A DNA stretch of 64,000 nucleotides from Thermoanaerobaculia bacterium (GTDB lineage Bacteria > Acidobacteriota > Thermoanaerobaculia > Gp7-AA8). The number at the start of each line of letters is the position of its first letter. Position 1 is the stretch's first letter. A program made the position numbers and the translations under genes. Positions 18,401 through 28,600 of the stretch are shown here, piece after piece. A model generated the notes under the pieces. That model saw nothing but the letters and a program-made list of their open reading frames with translations. It did no database searches and was not told the origin of the DNA. The stretch covers positions 85,311 through 149,310 of the forward strand of contig DATKDP010000106.1 of NCBI GenBank assembly GCA_035546335.1, given 5' to 3'.

Positions 18401-18618
18401 AAAGATTGTCCGGCGACTCGGGCGAAGGGCTCGCCCGCTCACCCCTGACCCCTCTCCCCATGGTCACGTCGCTGCCTCTGGTAAGGTTGGCTGATGGGGA
18501 GAGGGGAACGATCGTCGCAAGCATCGCCTGTCCACGCGATCGGTCACAGACCGTCTGCGCAGTCACAACGGAATGTCTGGCGGAGCCGTTTGCGTTGACG
18601 CAAGGACAGGGAGGAAGA

Positions 18619-19326
18619 ATGGCGTTGAGGACGAATCAAGTTTCGAGTTTGCGCGGGCTGATGGCTCGCTCCGCGCTCGTGATCGCGCTCGTGATGCTCG
18701 CATTCACTCCGTCGAGCGCGGCGGAGGTCTTCGAGTTCACGGTCGTCGGAATCGACTGCGAAGAGTGCTCCGAGCCGATTCTCGAGACATTGCGCGGCAT
18801 TGCGGGAGTCGAGAAGGCGGAGCTCGACTGGCAGGCGGGACGAGCGAAAGTCGTGCTGGTTGATGGGTTCGAGAAGGCGAAGCTGAAGAAGGCGATCGAT
18901 GGGATCGGGTTCGAGGCCGTTTTCGCAGGCGAGCAGCGGCCTGACCTTCAACCACTTCCCGAAGAGGTGCGCGCACGTCTCGACATTGTCGCGTTCACCG
19001 ACGGCAGCCGGATCGATCTCCGGAAGATTCTGGTGCCCGGGAAGGTGACCATCCTCGACTACTACGCCGACTGGTGCAGCCCGTGTCACCTGCTCGATAT
19101 CCGGCTGCAGCATCTGCTCGATTCGAATTCAGGCCTTGCGGTCCGGCGCATCGATGTCGGAACATGGGACAACGACGCGGCGCGCCAGGCCACTCGCGAG
19201 TTTCGACTGGAAGCGCTTCCCTACGTACGCGTCTATGACGTGAAGGGTCGCTTCGTCGGTGCGGTCACCGGAGGATCGTGGGAGAAAATCGTCAAGCTCG
19301 TGGCGAAGGCCGAGTCGGGAAATTGA
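18619..19326 (+). CDS. secreted fusion protein: heavy-metal-associated (HMA) domain + thioredoxin-like domain
   Basis: Start MALRTNQ preceded by GGAGG. Signal peptide present. GIDCEECSEPILETLRGIAGV matches the HMA CxxC fold. C-terminal DYYADWCSPCHLLD matches the thioredoxin WCxPC motif. Confidence 0.6.
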   Translation: MALRTNQVSSLRGLMARSALVIALVMLAFTPSSAAEVFEFTVVGIDCEECSEPILETLRGIAGVEKAELDWQAGRAKVVLVDGFEKAKLKKAIDGIGFEAVFAGEQRPDLQPLPEEVRARLDIVAFTDGSRIDLRKILVPGKVTILDYYADWCSPCHLLDIRLQHLLDSNSGLAVRRIDVGTWDNDAARQATREFRLEALPYVRVYDVKGRFVGAVTGGSWEKIVKLVAKAESGN

Positions 19327-19577
19327 CGTCGCGATGGGGCCGCGGCGGATTCGCCTTCCTCTTTCTCTTCGTCCTGGTGCCCTCCGCCTTCGCCTGACCC
19401 GCCTGAGCGAATCCCAATCTCTCCGGTGGAGAGATCCGACAACAGATCGTTGCGCCCGGCGAATGGCGAATCGGCATCGAGAGTGCCTTCGGGCGGTTCG
19501 ACTCGTCGCATGTCGCTTCCTGTCCCGATGTCGCTCCGGAGTGTGCAACGATCGCGATTCCCGATCACCGGCACGAA

Positions 19578-20330
19578 GTGCAGGTCGAGCTGTTTCACAC
19601 CAGCCTGCTCGTCGATTACGGCCTGCGTAACGGGATGCAGTTGTCGCTGCGCGTCCCATACGACCGCAAGGACATCGACGTCCGCTACACGACACTCGAC
19701 GGCGGGACCTTCGATCCGCCGTACGGTGACATCCACCACCGCTCGGAACGTCTCTCCGGCGTTTCCGACGCGGAGCTGTTCTTCATCGTGCAGCCGGCCC
19801 GTTGGGACGGCGCACGCTGGCGGCTTGCGGCGGGTGGCGGCGTCACACTCCCGATCGGCGCGACGGAAGAGGATCCGGTACGCCTCGGGCGGGAAGGAAG
19901 GGAGCATCAGCACATTCAGTTCGGCAGCGGGACAGTCGATCCGAAGCTGCTCGTTCAGGCATCGCGCAGACTTGCCTGGGGCGAGCTCGGTGGTTCGGTC
20001 AGCGGACGGTTCCCTCTCTACGAGAGCAGCGAAGGGTTTCGCGGTCCGGTGACCATCGACTGGTCACTCGGTCCGGCGATCGCAATCGGAACAACGACGC
20101 TGATGCCGCAGCTCATCGGCCGCTATCAGACGCGGGCGCGATGGAATGGAGAGTACGATGAGGGGACGGGCTTCGTGAACAGCGGCGTCGCGGCTCGCCT
20201 CGCGATTCCCCTCCTCGGCTTTGTCCTCATCCCCGGAGTCTATACCGAGGTATGGTCGCACGGATTCGAAGACGAGACGTTCGAGCAGGGTACGACGTGG
20301 TCACTGTCCGTGGCGCGCGTGATCCGGTGA
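19578..20330 (+). CDS. hypothetical protein (possibly a Gly/aromatic-rich beta-barrel-like protein); start and function uncertain
   Basis: 250-aa ORF with GTG start. No signal peptide at this start and no recognisable motif. Confidence 0.3.
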   Translation: MQVELFHTSLLVDYGLRNGMQLSLRVPYDRKDIDVRYTTLDGGTFDPPYGDIHHRSERLSGVSDAELFFIVQPARWDGARWRLAAGGGVTLPIGATEEDPVRLGREGREHQHIQFGSGTVDPKLLVQASRRLAWGELGGSVSGRFPLYESSEGFRGPVTIDWSLGPAIAIGTTTLMPQLIGRYQTRARWNGEYDEGTGFVNSGVAARLAIPLLGFVLIPGVYTEVWSHGFEDETFEQGTTWSLSVARVIR

Positions 20331-20372
20331 GCGGATCCGAAGTGGCCGAACTTGGGGGCGGGCGGGAAGTGG

Positions 20373-20684
20373 CCGAACTTTGTCGCGGATGCGGCCGCGG
20401 GAGTCCGGCGTTCTTGCGATGGTCAAACCTAGCATCCGCGACAAGTTCGGTCCGTGACCGATCGCGAGATCGATCCAAGCCGGCCGCTGTGCCGGCCGCC
20501 TTCGCGGCCTCGCGATTCGCCACGAGCCTCGTGCTTCGACCCGCGTCGCGGGACGATCTCGCGGGCTTGTGCTCTCGGTCCAGCTCGACGCCCGCGATTC
20601 GGGCAGGACCGAAGTTGTCCGCTTCGGCGCGCGAGAGGTTACGAGGTCCTGCAGCGTCTGGCCGAAGCGGACAAACTTCGGCCA
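20373..20684. repeat. two long imperfect palindromes (stems ~20 bp) plus short direct repeats in a 450-bp convergent intergenic region
   Basis: 20373-20450 ccgaactttgtcgcggatgc...gcatccgcgacaagttcgg. 20608-20684 ggaccgaagttgtccgcttcggc...gccgaagcggacaaacttcggcc. gaagtggccgaacttg occurs twice at 20339-20382. Confidence 0.5.
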
Positions 20685-20781
20685 CAGACTCACGGTTCGC
20701 CGGGGCCGGACGAAGCTGTTCGCCTTCCGAGAGGTCGAGCGAGCCTGATGCGGCATCTCGCGGCTCACTGCAGCATGCATT

Positions 20782-21261
20782 CTACTTCTCGATCTCGAAT
20801 TCCTCTTCGGCGACACATTCGCCGTTCGCGTAGACTTCGGCCTTGTACGTGCCGGGAGTCCAGCTCGCGGTTCCTGGCGCCTGGAAATGCGTATAGAGCT
20901 CTCCCGGAGTCAGCTGACGGGAGTCTTCGCCCAGAGCGCTTCCATCGGTTCCGAGCCAGGCTACTCGCACGGTCGCGCCTGCGGGAGCGTTGCGCACTTC
21001 CATTGCGAGATAGATCTCATCGCCGGCCCGGAAGTCGCCGGTCCCTTCGCCGAGCGGAACGCGCCCTTCGGCGTTGACTCCGCGCGCGAGCGTGAAGTCG
21101 TCGAGCCAGCGTTCCGCAGCTACGGGTGATGTCGTGTCTGCGGCGGTGGTGGCCGTTGTCTCGGTTTCCGTCGGATCGGTGAGCCACGGTTGAGGCGGTT
21201 CGCTGCGACATGCACTCAGCGCGACGAGCAGGGCGACGGGCGCGAAGATTCTTCGGTTCAT
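20782..21261 (-). CDS. lipoprotein of unknown function (paralog of 5228..5764)
   Basis: Start MNRRIFAPVALLVALSAC (lipobox), cat 21259-21261, preceded by GGAGAAG. C-terminal domain homologous to the 5228..5764 product. Confidence 0.6.
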   Translation of the reverse strand: MNRRIFAPVALLVALSACRSEPPQPWLTDPTETETTATTAADTTSPVAAERWLDDFTLARGVNAEGRVPLGEGTGDFRAGDEIYLAMEVRNAPAGATVRVAWLGTDGSALGEDSRQLTPGELYTHFQAPGTASWTPGTYKAEVYANGECVAEEEFEIEK

Positions 21262-21378
21262 TTCTTCTCCTTCCTCTGATAAAAGCGAGGTGACGTGCCA
21301 GTGCAGTGCCATCGAGGATCGAGAGAGCCGTGTGGAGAGGCACTTGCAGCGAACCGAAGCGTACGACGGAGGGAATGA

Positions 21379-21825
21379 TTGGTCCTGGCATCGGATGATC
21401 CGCAGAGCGTCATCGTCGCCGGGGATGTGTTGATTCCCCTCTCGGAGATCCGTTTCACGGCGTCGAGAAGCGGCGGCCCTGGCGGGCAGAACGTCAACAA
21501 GGTCAGCACGCGTGTCTCGTTGGAATTCGACCTCGATGCGTCGCGCTCGCTGGACGAGCAGCAGAAACAGCGACTCCGCCAGCGGCTCTCGTCGCGGATC
21601 AGCAAGGCGGGCGTGCTTCGGGTCACCTCGCAGGCATCGCGGAGCCAGAGTGCCAACCGCGAGGCGGCGCTGGAGCGGTTCGCCGGTCTCGTTCGAGAGG
21701 CGCTTCGGGAGGAGACTCCGCGCAAGCCGACGAAGGCCTCGAGGAGGGCGCGGTTGAAACGGCTCGAGGAGAAGAAGCTGCGATCCCGCAAGAAGCGGCT
21801 CAGAAGAGAACCGGGGGAGGAATGA
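21379..21825 (+). CDS. arfB: alternative ribosome-rescue factor / peptidyl-tRNA hydrolase ArfB
   Basis: 148 aa. GGQ motif (SRSGGPGGQNVNKVST). Basic C-terminal tail (KRLEEKKLRSRKKRLRR). Confidence 0.85.
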   Translation: MVLASDDPQSVIVAGDVLIPLSEIRFTASRSGGPGGQNVNKVSTRVSLEFDLDASRSLDEQQKQRLRQRLSSRISKAGVLRVTSQASRSQSANREAALERFAGLVREALREETPRKPTKASRRARLKRLEEKKLRSRKKRLRREPGEE

Positions 21826-21828
21826 AAA

Positions 21829-21850
21829 AGGCCGGCCCCGAAGGGCCGGC
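21829..21850. terminator. bidirectional Rho-independent terminator hairpin between convergent arfB and cytochrome c genes
   Basis: aaaaGGCCGGCCCcgaaGGGCCGGCCt: a 9-bp GC stem with a 4-nt loop, flanked by A-run on the plus strand and T-run on the minus strand. Confidence 0.7.
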
Positions 21851-21880
21851 CTGGTCAGGAGGAGTGGATGCGGTGGGGGG

Positions 21881-22213
21881 TCACTTGGTTGCGATCGAGC
21901 GAATGAAGGTGACCAGTCCCTTGATTTGAGCGTCTGTCAGACCTTTGTTCTTGTAGGCATGCGACGCCTTCTTTTGTTTCCCTCCATTCGCGATGTCATC
22001 TCCGAGCTCCCCGTCGGACTTTTTCTGCACCGCGGGTGAGCGAAGGTCGGCGATCCCCATCTTCTTGCCGACCGCCGTGTCTCCACTGCCGTCCTGACCA
22101 TGACATGAGGCGCATTTTCCTTTGAACAGGGCCGCGCTGTCGTTTGCATACGCCGGGCTCGCGAGAGCCACGGCCGCCATGACTGCAATCATCCATGTCG
22201 CGGTTTTCTTCAT
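21881..22213 (-). CDS. class I c-type cytochrome (monohaem, secreted)
   Basis: Start MKKTATWMIAVMAAVALASPAYA (signal peptide, cat 22211-22213, AGGAAGGAG RBS). CASCHG haem-binding motif. Confidence 0.75.
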   Translation of the reverse strand: MKKTATWMIAVMAAVALASPAYANDSAALFKGKCASCHGQDGSGDTAVGKKMGIADLRSPAVQKKSDGELGDDIANGGKQKKASHAYKNKGLTDAQIKGLVTFIRSIATK

Positions 22214-22413
22214 TGCCGGCTCCTTCCTGTGACTGGGTGCATTGTGCGTCAGATCGGGAGGTTGCGATGTGACGAGGGCCACCGCGGGCTGTGCTGCACG
22301 TCATCCGAGCGTGGGTTGGTGCCAGTTTCGGGTCGGACGGGCTCGGGTGCAGCGTCCCGAAAAGGTCCTTGCACCCCTGCCGGGGTGCGAATCGATCTGC
22401 GTGATGTCTACCA

Positions 22414-22485
22414 TTCCGGTGGTGGCGCTTCGCGCGCACCACCGGCTGTGATCCATGCACCCTTTCAGGGTGCGGGGATTGAAAC
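22414..22485. repeat. double-hairpin terminator-like element, copy 1 (ccggtggtggcgcttcgcgcgcaccaccgg ... gcaccctttcagggtgc), downstream of RND operon
   Basis: Perfect 9-bp stem CCGGTGGTG/CACCACCGG followed by a second hairpin. Near-identical copy at 42563..42632. Confidence 0.65.
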
Positions 22486-22506
22486 GCTGCTGGAGGCACG
22501 CAGGTT

Positions 22507-25500
22507 TCAGGCCTCGACTTCCGCGGCCACTCTCGGTCGTGAGGACTTTCGCCAGAGGCGGCGGAGCCAGTCGGCAACCGACTCGACGAGGCTATCGACG
22601 TAGGGGAGGACGAGCAGCGTCAGGAAGGTGGACGAAACGAGTCCTCCCATCACCGTTCTGGCGAGTGGAAAGTAGAAGAGTCCGCCGACGGCCGAGCCGC
22701 CGATGGCCAGCGGGAGAAGGCCGATGATCGTCGTCGACGCGGTCATCAGGATGGCGCGGAGACGGTCGCGGCCCGCCTGAAGGATCGATTCTTCACGCGA
22801 CAGACCCGATCGCCGGAGCTGGTTCATGTGGTCGAGCAGCACGATTCCGTTGTTGACGACGATTCCCATGAGGATGAGCAGACCGATCTGAGCCATCAGA
22901 TTGAACGGCGTCCTGGTGATGGTCAGCATCCAGATCGCCCCGGGAATGGCGAAGGGGATGGAGAAGAGAATCGCGAAGGGCTGCGCGAGCGATTCGAAGA
23001 GCGAGGCCATGACGATGTAGACGAGCAGAAGTGCTAGCAGAAGATTGAATCCCATCTCCTTGCCCTGCGTGTCCTGCTCGAGCACACGATCGTCCCACGA
23101 CCAGGAGTAACCGGGCGGCATGTCGAAGGCGTCCATGAGCGAGGCGATCTCCGTGCGCGTCTTCTGCCACTCCTTCCCTTCGTAGGTCGCGCGCACCGAG
23201 ACGCGAACCTTGCGGTTCTCCCTTCGGATCTCCTCGGCGCGGCGGACGAGATTGAACGTGGCGACGTCGCCGAGAAGGACGTCCTTCCCCGATTGCGTAC
23301 GAATCTGCAGTTTCTTCAGATCGTCCAGATTCGTCCGGTCCTCGATGCGAAGTGCCAGCCAGGTCTCCACCTCGTGATCGCCGGCATTGAATCGCTGCAG
23401 CCGCATTCCGCCGAGAGTGAAGGAGAAAACCTCGGAAAGGTCTCCGGCCGTCAGGCCCAGACGGAGGGCCTTGGGGCGATCGACGGCGACCTGGATTTCC
23501 TGCCTTCCGGCACCGATTCCGGTATTGATGTCTTCGATGCTGGGGATCGTGTCGAGCCGTCGTTCGGCTTCCGTAGCGAGCTGCTGGAGCACGGTCGCGT
23601 CCTGTCCGAAGAATCGAACTGCGAAACGCGTGCTGTCGCCTCCCTCTTCGGAGTCTTCGTCGAAGAAGACGCGCACGCCGGGAATGCCCGGGAGATCCTT
23701 CCGGATGGTCTGGCGAAGCTCTTTGACCTGACGATCCGACAAATTGGGATTCGAGAGCGTGATCCAGGTCGCGGCGCGGTTCTCGGTGAAGAAGCTGTAG
23801 AGGCCGTCGACGAGGAATCGCTCCTTGTTGGCGTTGAGAAAGTTCTCGATCTGAATGACCGCCTGTTCGGCTTCCGACTTGTAAGTAAAGCCGGAAAAAT
23901 CGTAAGCCAGACGGATTCGCGTGTTCTTGTGAGCCGCGAACGGCGCCATCTCGACCCACTTCATCATGAAGGGAAGCGCCGTCAATCCTCCCACCAGGAG
24001 GATGATCATGAACGTCTTCACTTTGTGATGAATGGTCCACCCGAGTATTCGGACGTATCGCTCTTCGAGCGCGCGCATCAGCCGGTTCGGTTTCGGAGCA
24101 CGATGGCGCAGGAAGTGAGCCGACATCAGCGGGATCATCGTCAGAGAGGCGAGGAGGGAACAGATCAGGGCGAGCGAGATGGCGATGCCGACTTCACGAA
24201 GCCAGATCGTGAGCTCCGTCGTCCCGCCGATGATGAGCGGAAGAAAGACGATCAGCGACGTGATGGTCGAAGCGGTGACGGCCATGCCGACCGCGGCCGC
24301 GCCGCTCAGCGCCGCCTTCCGGGTGTCGGGCTCCTCCCGCTGGCGTCGATCGATCGATTCGAGAACGACGATGGCGTTGTCGACGAGCATTCCGACGCCG
24401 AGCATCAGACCCATCATCGAGAGTATGTTGAGGGTCTTGCCGAGAAAATAGAGGACGCCACACGCGGCGATGATCGAGAAGGGAATCGAGAGGGAGACGA
24501 TCAGCGTCGCCGTGAAGCGCCGGAGATAGAAGTACAGGATGAGCACGGCGAGGAAGCCTCCGACGAGCCCCGAGGTCGTGAGGCCGCGGATTCCGTTGGT
24601 GATCTGCTCCGCCTGATCGTCCCAGGTGAAGAGCTTGATTCCCTGCAGCAGCGGATCGGTGGCGATGTCGTCGTTGATCACTTTCATCGCCGCATGAACG
24701 ACTTCGACCGTGTTGGCCGTCGATTCCTTGTAGACGTTCAGGGCAACGGCGTAGCGGCCGTCGAGGTGACGTCCGAACTCGATCGGCGGCTCTTCGTAGC
24801 GAATCTCGGCGATTTCGGTCAGCCTGAGTCCGCGCTCGTTGATGACCACATTCCCGAGCGATTCGACCGAGTCGAAGGCGCCGACGGCTCGGACGGCATA
24901 GCGCATTCCCTGATCGTTGACCTGGCCGAGCACGATGTTTCCCGATGCTCCCTGAAGCCTGCCGATCAGCGCTACGACGTCGACGTTGTGCTCCTTGATC
25001 TTGTCGAGCACCAGGTCGATGCTGATCTCGGGGGGGGCGACACCGTTCAGTTCGACGCGAGCGACTCCCGGGACCCGTCGCAGGCGATTGAGGACGCGCG
25101 CCTCGATCAAATCGTAATTCTTCGAAAGATCGACCCCCTCGGCGGCGATTCGCGCCTCGATCACCGGAATGTCGCTGGTATTGAACGAGAAGATGAAGAT
25201 CTCCCCGATGCCGTCGGGCAGCGAGGGGCGGATCTGATCCATCTTCTCGCTCACCTGCATTCGGATGATGTCGAGATCTTCCCCCCAGTTGAAACGCAGC
25301 TGGACCCTCGCGCTGTCTGCGGTCGATGTGGACGTCAGTTTCTTGATGCCGGATAGAGTCGACAGCACTTCCTCCACCGGCTTGGTGATCTCCTTTTCGA
25401 TCTGAGTGGGATTGGAGTTGGGGTAGGGGATCTCGACGCCGATGAAGGGCGCATCGACTTCCGGTAGGAATGCGAGGGGCATCCGGGAAAGCGCGATCCC

Positions 25501-25575
25501 TCCGACGACCATCACGCAGACGAGGAGCATGACCGTGGTGATCGGCCGATTCACTGCGAGCTTCGGAAGGTTCAT
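22507..25575 (-). CDS. RND (HAE1-type) multidrug efflux permease, second pump of tandem pair
   Basis: 1022 aa. 12-TM AcrB/MdtC-like topology with two large periplasmic loops. N-terminus MNLPKLAVNRPITTVMLLVCVMVVGG. Confidence 0.9.
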   Translation of the reverse strand: MNLPKLAVNRPITTVMLLVCVMVVGGIALSRMPLAFLPEVDAPFIGVEIPYPNSNPTQIEKEITKPVEEVLSTLSGIKKLTSTSTADSARVQLRFNWGEDLDIIRMQVSEKMDQIRPSLPDGIGEIFIFSFNTSDIPVIEARIAAEGVDLSKNYDLIEARVLNRLRRVPGVARVELNGVAPPEISIDLVLDKIKEHNVDVVALIGRLQGASGNIVLGQVNDQGMRYAVRAVGAFDSVESLGNVVINERGLRLTEIAEIRYEEPPIEFGRHLDGRYAVALNVYKESTANTVEVVHAAMKVINDDIATDPLLQGIKLFTWDDQAEQITNGIRGLTTSGLVGGFLAVLILYFYLRRFTATLIVSLSIPFSIIAACGVLYFLGKTLNILSMMGLMLGVGMLVDNAIVVLESIDRRQREEPDTRKAALSGAAAVGMAVTASTITSLIVFLPLIIGGTTELTIWLREVGIAISLALICSLLASLTMIPLMSAHFLRHRAPKPNRLMRALEERYVRILGWTIHHKVKTFMIILLVGGLTALPFMMKWVEMAPFAAHKNTRIRLAYDFSGFTYKSEAEQAVIQIENFLNANKERFLVDGLYSFFTENRAATWITLSNPNLSDRQVKELRQTIRKDLPGIPGVRVFFDEDSEEGGDSTRFAVRFFGQDATVLQQLATEAERRLDTIPSIEDINTGIGAGRQEIQVAVDRPKALRLGLTAGDLSEVFSFTLGGMRLQRFNAGDHEVETWLALRIEDRTNLDDLKKLQIRTQSGKDVLLGDVATFNLVRRAEEIRRENRKVRVSVRATYEGKEWQKTRTEIASLMDAFDMPPGYSWSWDDRVLEQDTQGKEMGFNLLLALLLVYIVMASLFESLAQPFAILFSIPFAIPGAIWMLTITRTPFNLMAQIGLLILMGIVVNNGIVLLDHMNQLRRSGLSREESILQAGRDRLRAILMTASTTIIGLLPLAIGGSAVGGLFYFPLARTVMGGLVSSTFLTLLVLPYVDSLVESVADWLRRLWRKSSRPRVAAEVEA

Positions 25576-25600
25576 GATGCGTCACTCCTCGCCGGAACGC

Positions 25601-28600
25601 TCATCCGGCGGTTCCCGGTTCCGACTGCATTGCAGGAGCGGTCCATGGTTCGGTACTGCCCTCGGGGTGCTCGACGCGACTCGCCGCTTCGAGATCGGCC
25701 GGATATTTTTTGCGGTCCAGCAGCGAATAGACGACCGGAATCACGATCAGCGTCAGCATGGTCGCAACGGTCAGCCCGCCGATCACGGTGATGGCCAGCG
25801 GCGAGCGCAGCTCGGCTCCTTCTCCCAGTCCGAGAGCCATCGGGAGGAGTCCGAGAATCGTCGTCATGGAGGTCATCAGAATCGGGCGGAGACGCATCGA
25901 GCCGGCGCGCAGGAGCGCTTCGTTCCGCGGCACGCCGCTGCGACGCAGTTGATTGACGGCGTCGATGAGCACGATCGCATTGTTCACGACGATTCCGGCG
26001 AGCATCACCATTCCGATCATCGCCACGATGCTGATCGAACGTCCGGAGATCGCCAGCGCACCGATCACGCCGATCGCTCCGAGAGGAAGCGTGAAGATGA
26101 TGACGAAGGGATGCAGGAACGACTCGAACTGCGACGCCATGACCAGATAGACCAGAAAGATCGCCAGGGCCATGGCCATGAGCAGCGACCGGATCGAGCG
26201 CCGCATCTCTTCTTCCTGACCGCTCAGTGTCGCTGTGACTCCCGCGGGATAGCTCGCCGCGGCGATGATCCCACGCACATCGGCGGCGACGGACGCCATG
26301 TTCCGCCCCGACAGGTTTCCGGAGATCACGACAGCGCGCTTCTGTCCGATGCGCCGGACCTCGCTCGGACCCTCGGTGAGCAGAACGTCGGCCACGCTGG
26401 CGAGAAAGATCGGCCGGCCTTCGATCTGTCCGATGATCATTTCGTTGACGTCGGTCACCGACGCCGTCCCCACGTCGACCGATCGGACGAGAATGTCGAT
26501 CTCCCGATCTCCCTGCGTGAAGCGCGTCGCAACCTCTCCCTGAACCTTGCTCCGAACGGTCTCGGCGACCTGCGAGAGATCGAGGCCGAGCTGCGCGAGA
26601 TGCTCTCGACGGAAGCGTACCTGCAGCTCGGGATTTCCGGCATCGGCGGACGACTTGACATCGACCAGGCCGCCGATCTTCTCGATGTCCGCTTTCAACG
26701 AGCGCGACACCTCCCGAATCTCCTCCAGATTGTCGCCGTAGACCTCGACTTCGATCGGTGTCCGGAAGGTGAAGTACGTCGGTCGCTCGAACTTGTATCG
26801 TGCACTTCCAAACGACTCCAGTTGCGAGCGAACCTCGCCGATCACCTTCTCCTCGTCGGCACTCGATGACCCCGGTTTCATCTGCACCTGGATCCGAGCG
26901 CTGTTCTCTCCCTCCGTTCCCGTATTCGAGAGTGAAAGACCCGCGCTGCCGGCGATCGTCGACCAGCTTCCGACGAGATCTTCGCCCTCGAGAACGCTCT
27001 GCACGTTCTGGATGAATCGATCGGTCGCCTCGAGCGGAGTTCCTTCGGGGAAGTCGACCTGGAAGTGAAACTCCCCCTGGGTGAACGATGGGATGAGATC
27101 GAGTCCGAGACGTGGCGCCGTCAGAAGGGCAACGGCGAACAGGATGGCGACGACTCCGATGACGATGGCGCGGGAACGAAGGCTCCAGTCGAGCAGGCGC
27201 GGATAAAGTGCTGCCAGAGACGAGAGCCCCTTGTCGAATCCGCGGGAGAGAGGCCGGACGGCGAAAGACACTCCGCGCAGGGCGTGCCTGAGCAGCCATC
27301 GAACGAGCCTCACGACGCCAGCGGGAAACGAAACGAAGACCGCCCGTCCGAACCGCCGCATGCGTCCGGCCTCGCCGGCTCCGGGCTCTTCGTCCGTCGA
27401 CTCGGACCGGCGACCGGCGAGCGCGGCCATCATCGGAATGAGCGTGAGCGAGACGGCGAGAGAGGCGATGAGGGAGAACGAAACGGTCAGCGCCTGGTCC
27501 TTGAAGAGCTGCGCAGCGATGCCTTCGAGAAATACGACAGGCAGGAAGACGGCGACCGTCGTGAGCGTCGATGCGACGACGGCCATGCCGACTTCGGAGG
27601 CCCCCGTGTTCGCCGCTTCGATCGAATCCGCTCCCGCTTCGCGTTTCTTGAAGATCGATTCGAGAACGACGATGGCGTTGTCGACGAGCATCCCCACGCC
27701 GAGTGCCAGTCCTCCCAGCGACATGATGTTGAGCGTCGTGCCGGTCTGGTACATGAGGAAGAACGTCGCAACCACGGAGATCGGGATGGAGATGCCGACG
27801 ATCACGGTGCTGCGCACGTGTTTGAGGAAGAAGAGAAGAACGATGATGGCGATTGCACCGCCGAGGAGGGCATTGCTGAGGACTTCGTCGACCGAAGCTC
27901 GAATGAATCGCGACTGATCGACGCCGGTGACGACTTCGATGCCTTCGGGAAGCTCCTTTTTGACGCGATCGAGCCGTTGCTGGAGAGATCGCGCGACGGA
28001 GACGATGTTCGCGTCCCCCTCTTTGTAGATCGCCAGCTCGGCGGCTTCCTTCCCGCCGAAGCGTGTGATGACCTCGCGCTGCTTGTGGCTGCGGATGACC
28101 TCTGCCACATCGGACATCATGACGTTTCGCCCGTCACGGGTGACGAGCACCGTGTCCATGATGTCCTGGAGATCGACGAACTCGTTCTTCGAACGGACCA
28201 GGTAACGTGCCTCCTTCTCGTAGAGGCTGCCTCCCGCCTGATTCACGTTCTCGCGGCGAAGCTTCTGATTGACGTCTCCGATGGCGAGCCCCATCAACGA
28301 CAGCTTCCCTTCGTCGACACGAACCTGAATCTCGTCCTCGAAGCCGCCGTTGACCTTGATCGCGGCGACGCCTTCGGTCGATTCGAGATCCTTTTTCAGA
28401 ACCTCTTCAGCGACGTAGCGGAGCTGATAGAGATTGTCGGTGCCGGTGACGTAGAGCCGCACGACCGGATCGTTTGCCGGGTCGAACCGCAGCAGCACCG
28501 GCTTGTCCGACTCGCGAGGCAAGGTCAGCAGATCGAGCTTCTGACGGACGTCGAGGGCCGCGAAATCCATGTCGCGGCCCCAGTCGAACTCGAGCGTCAC

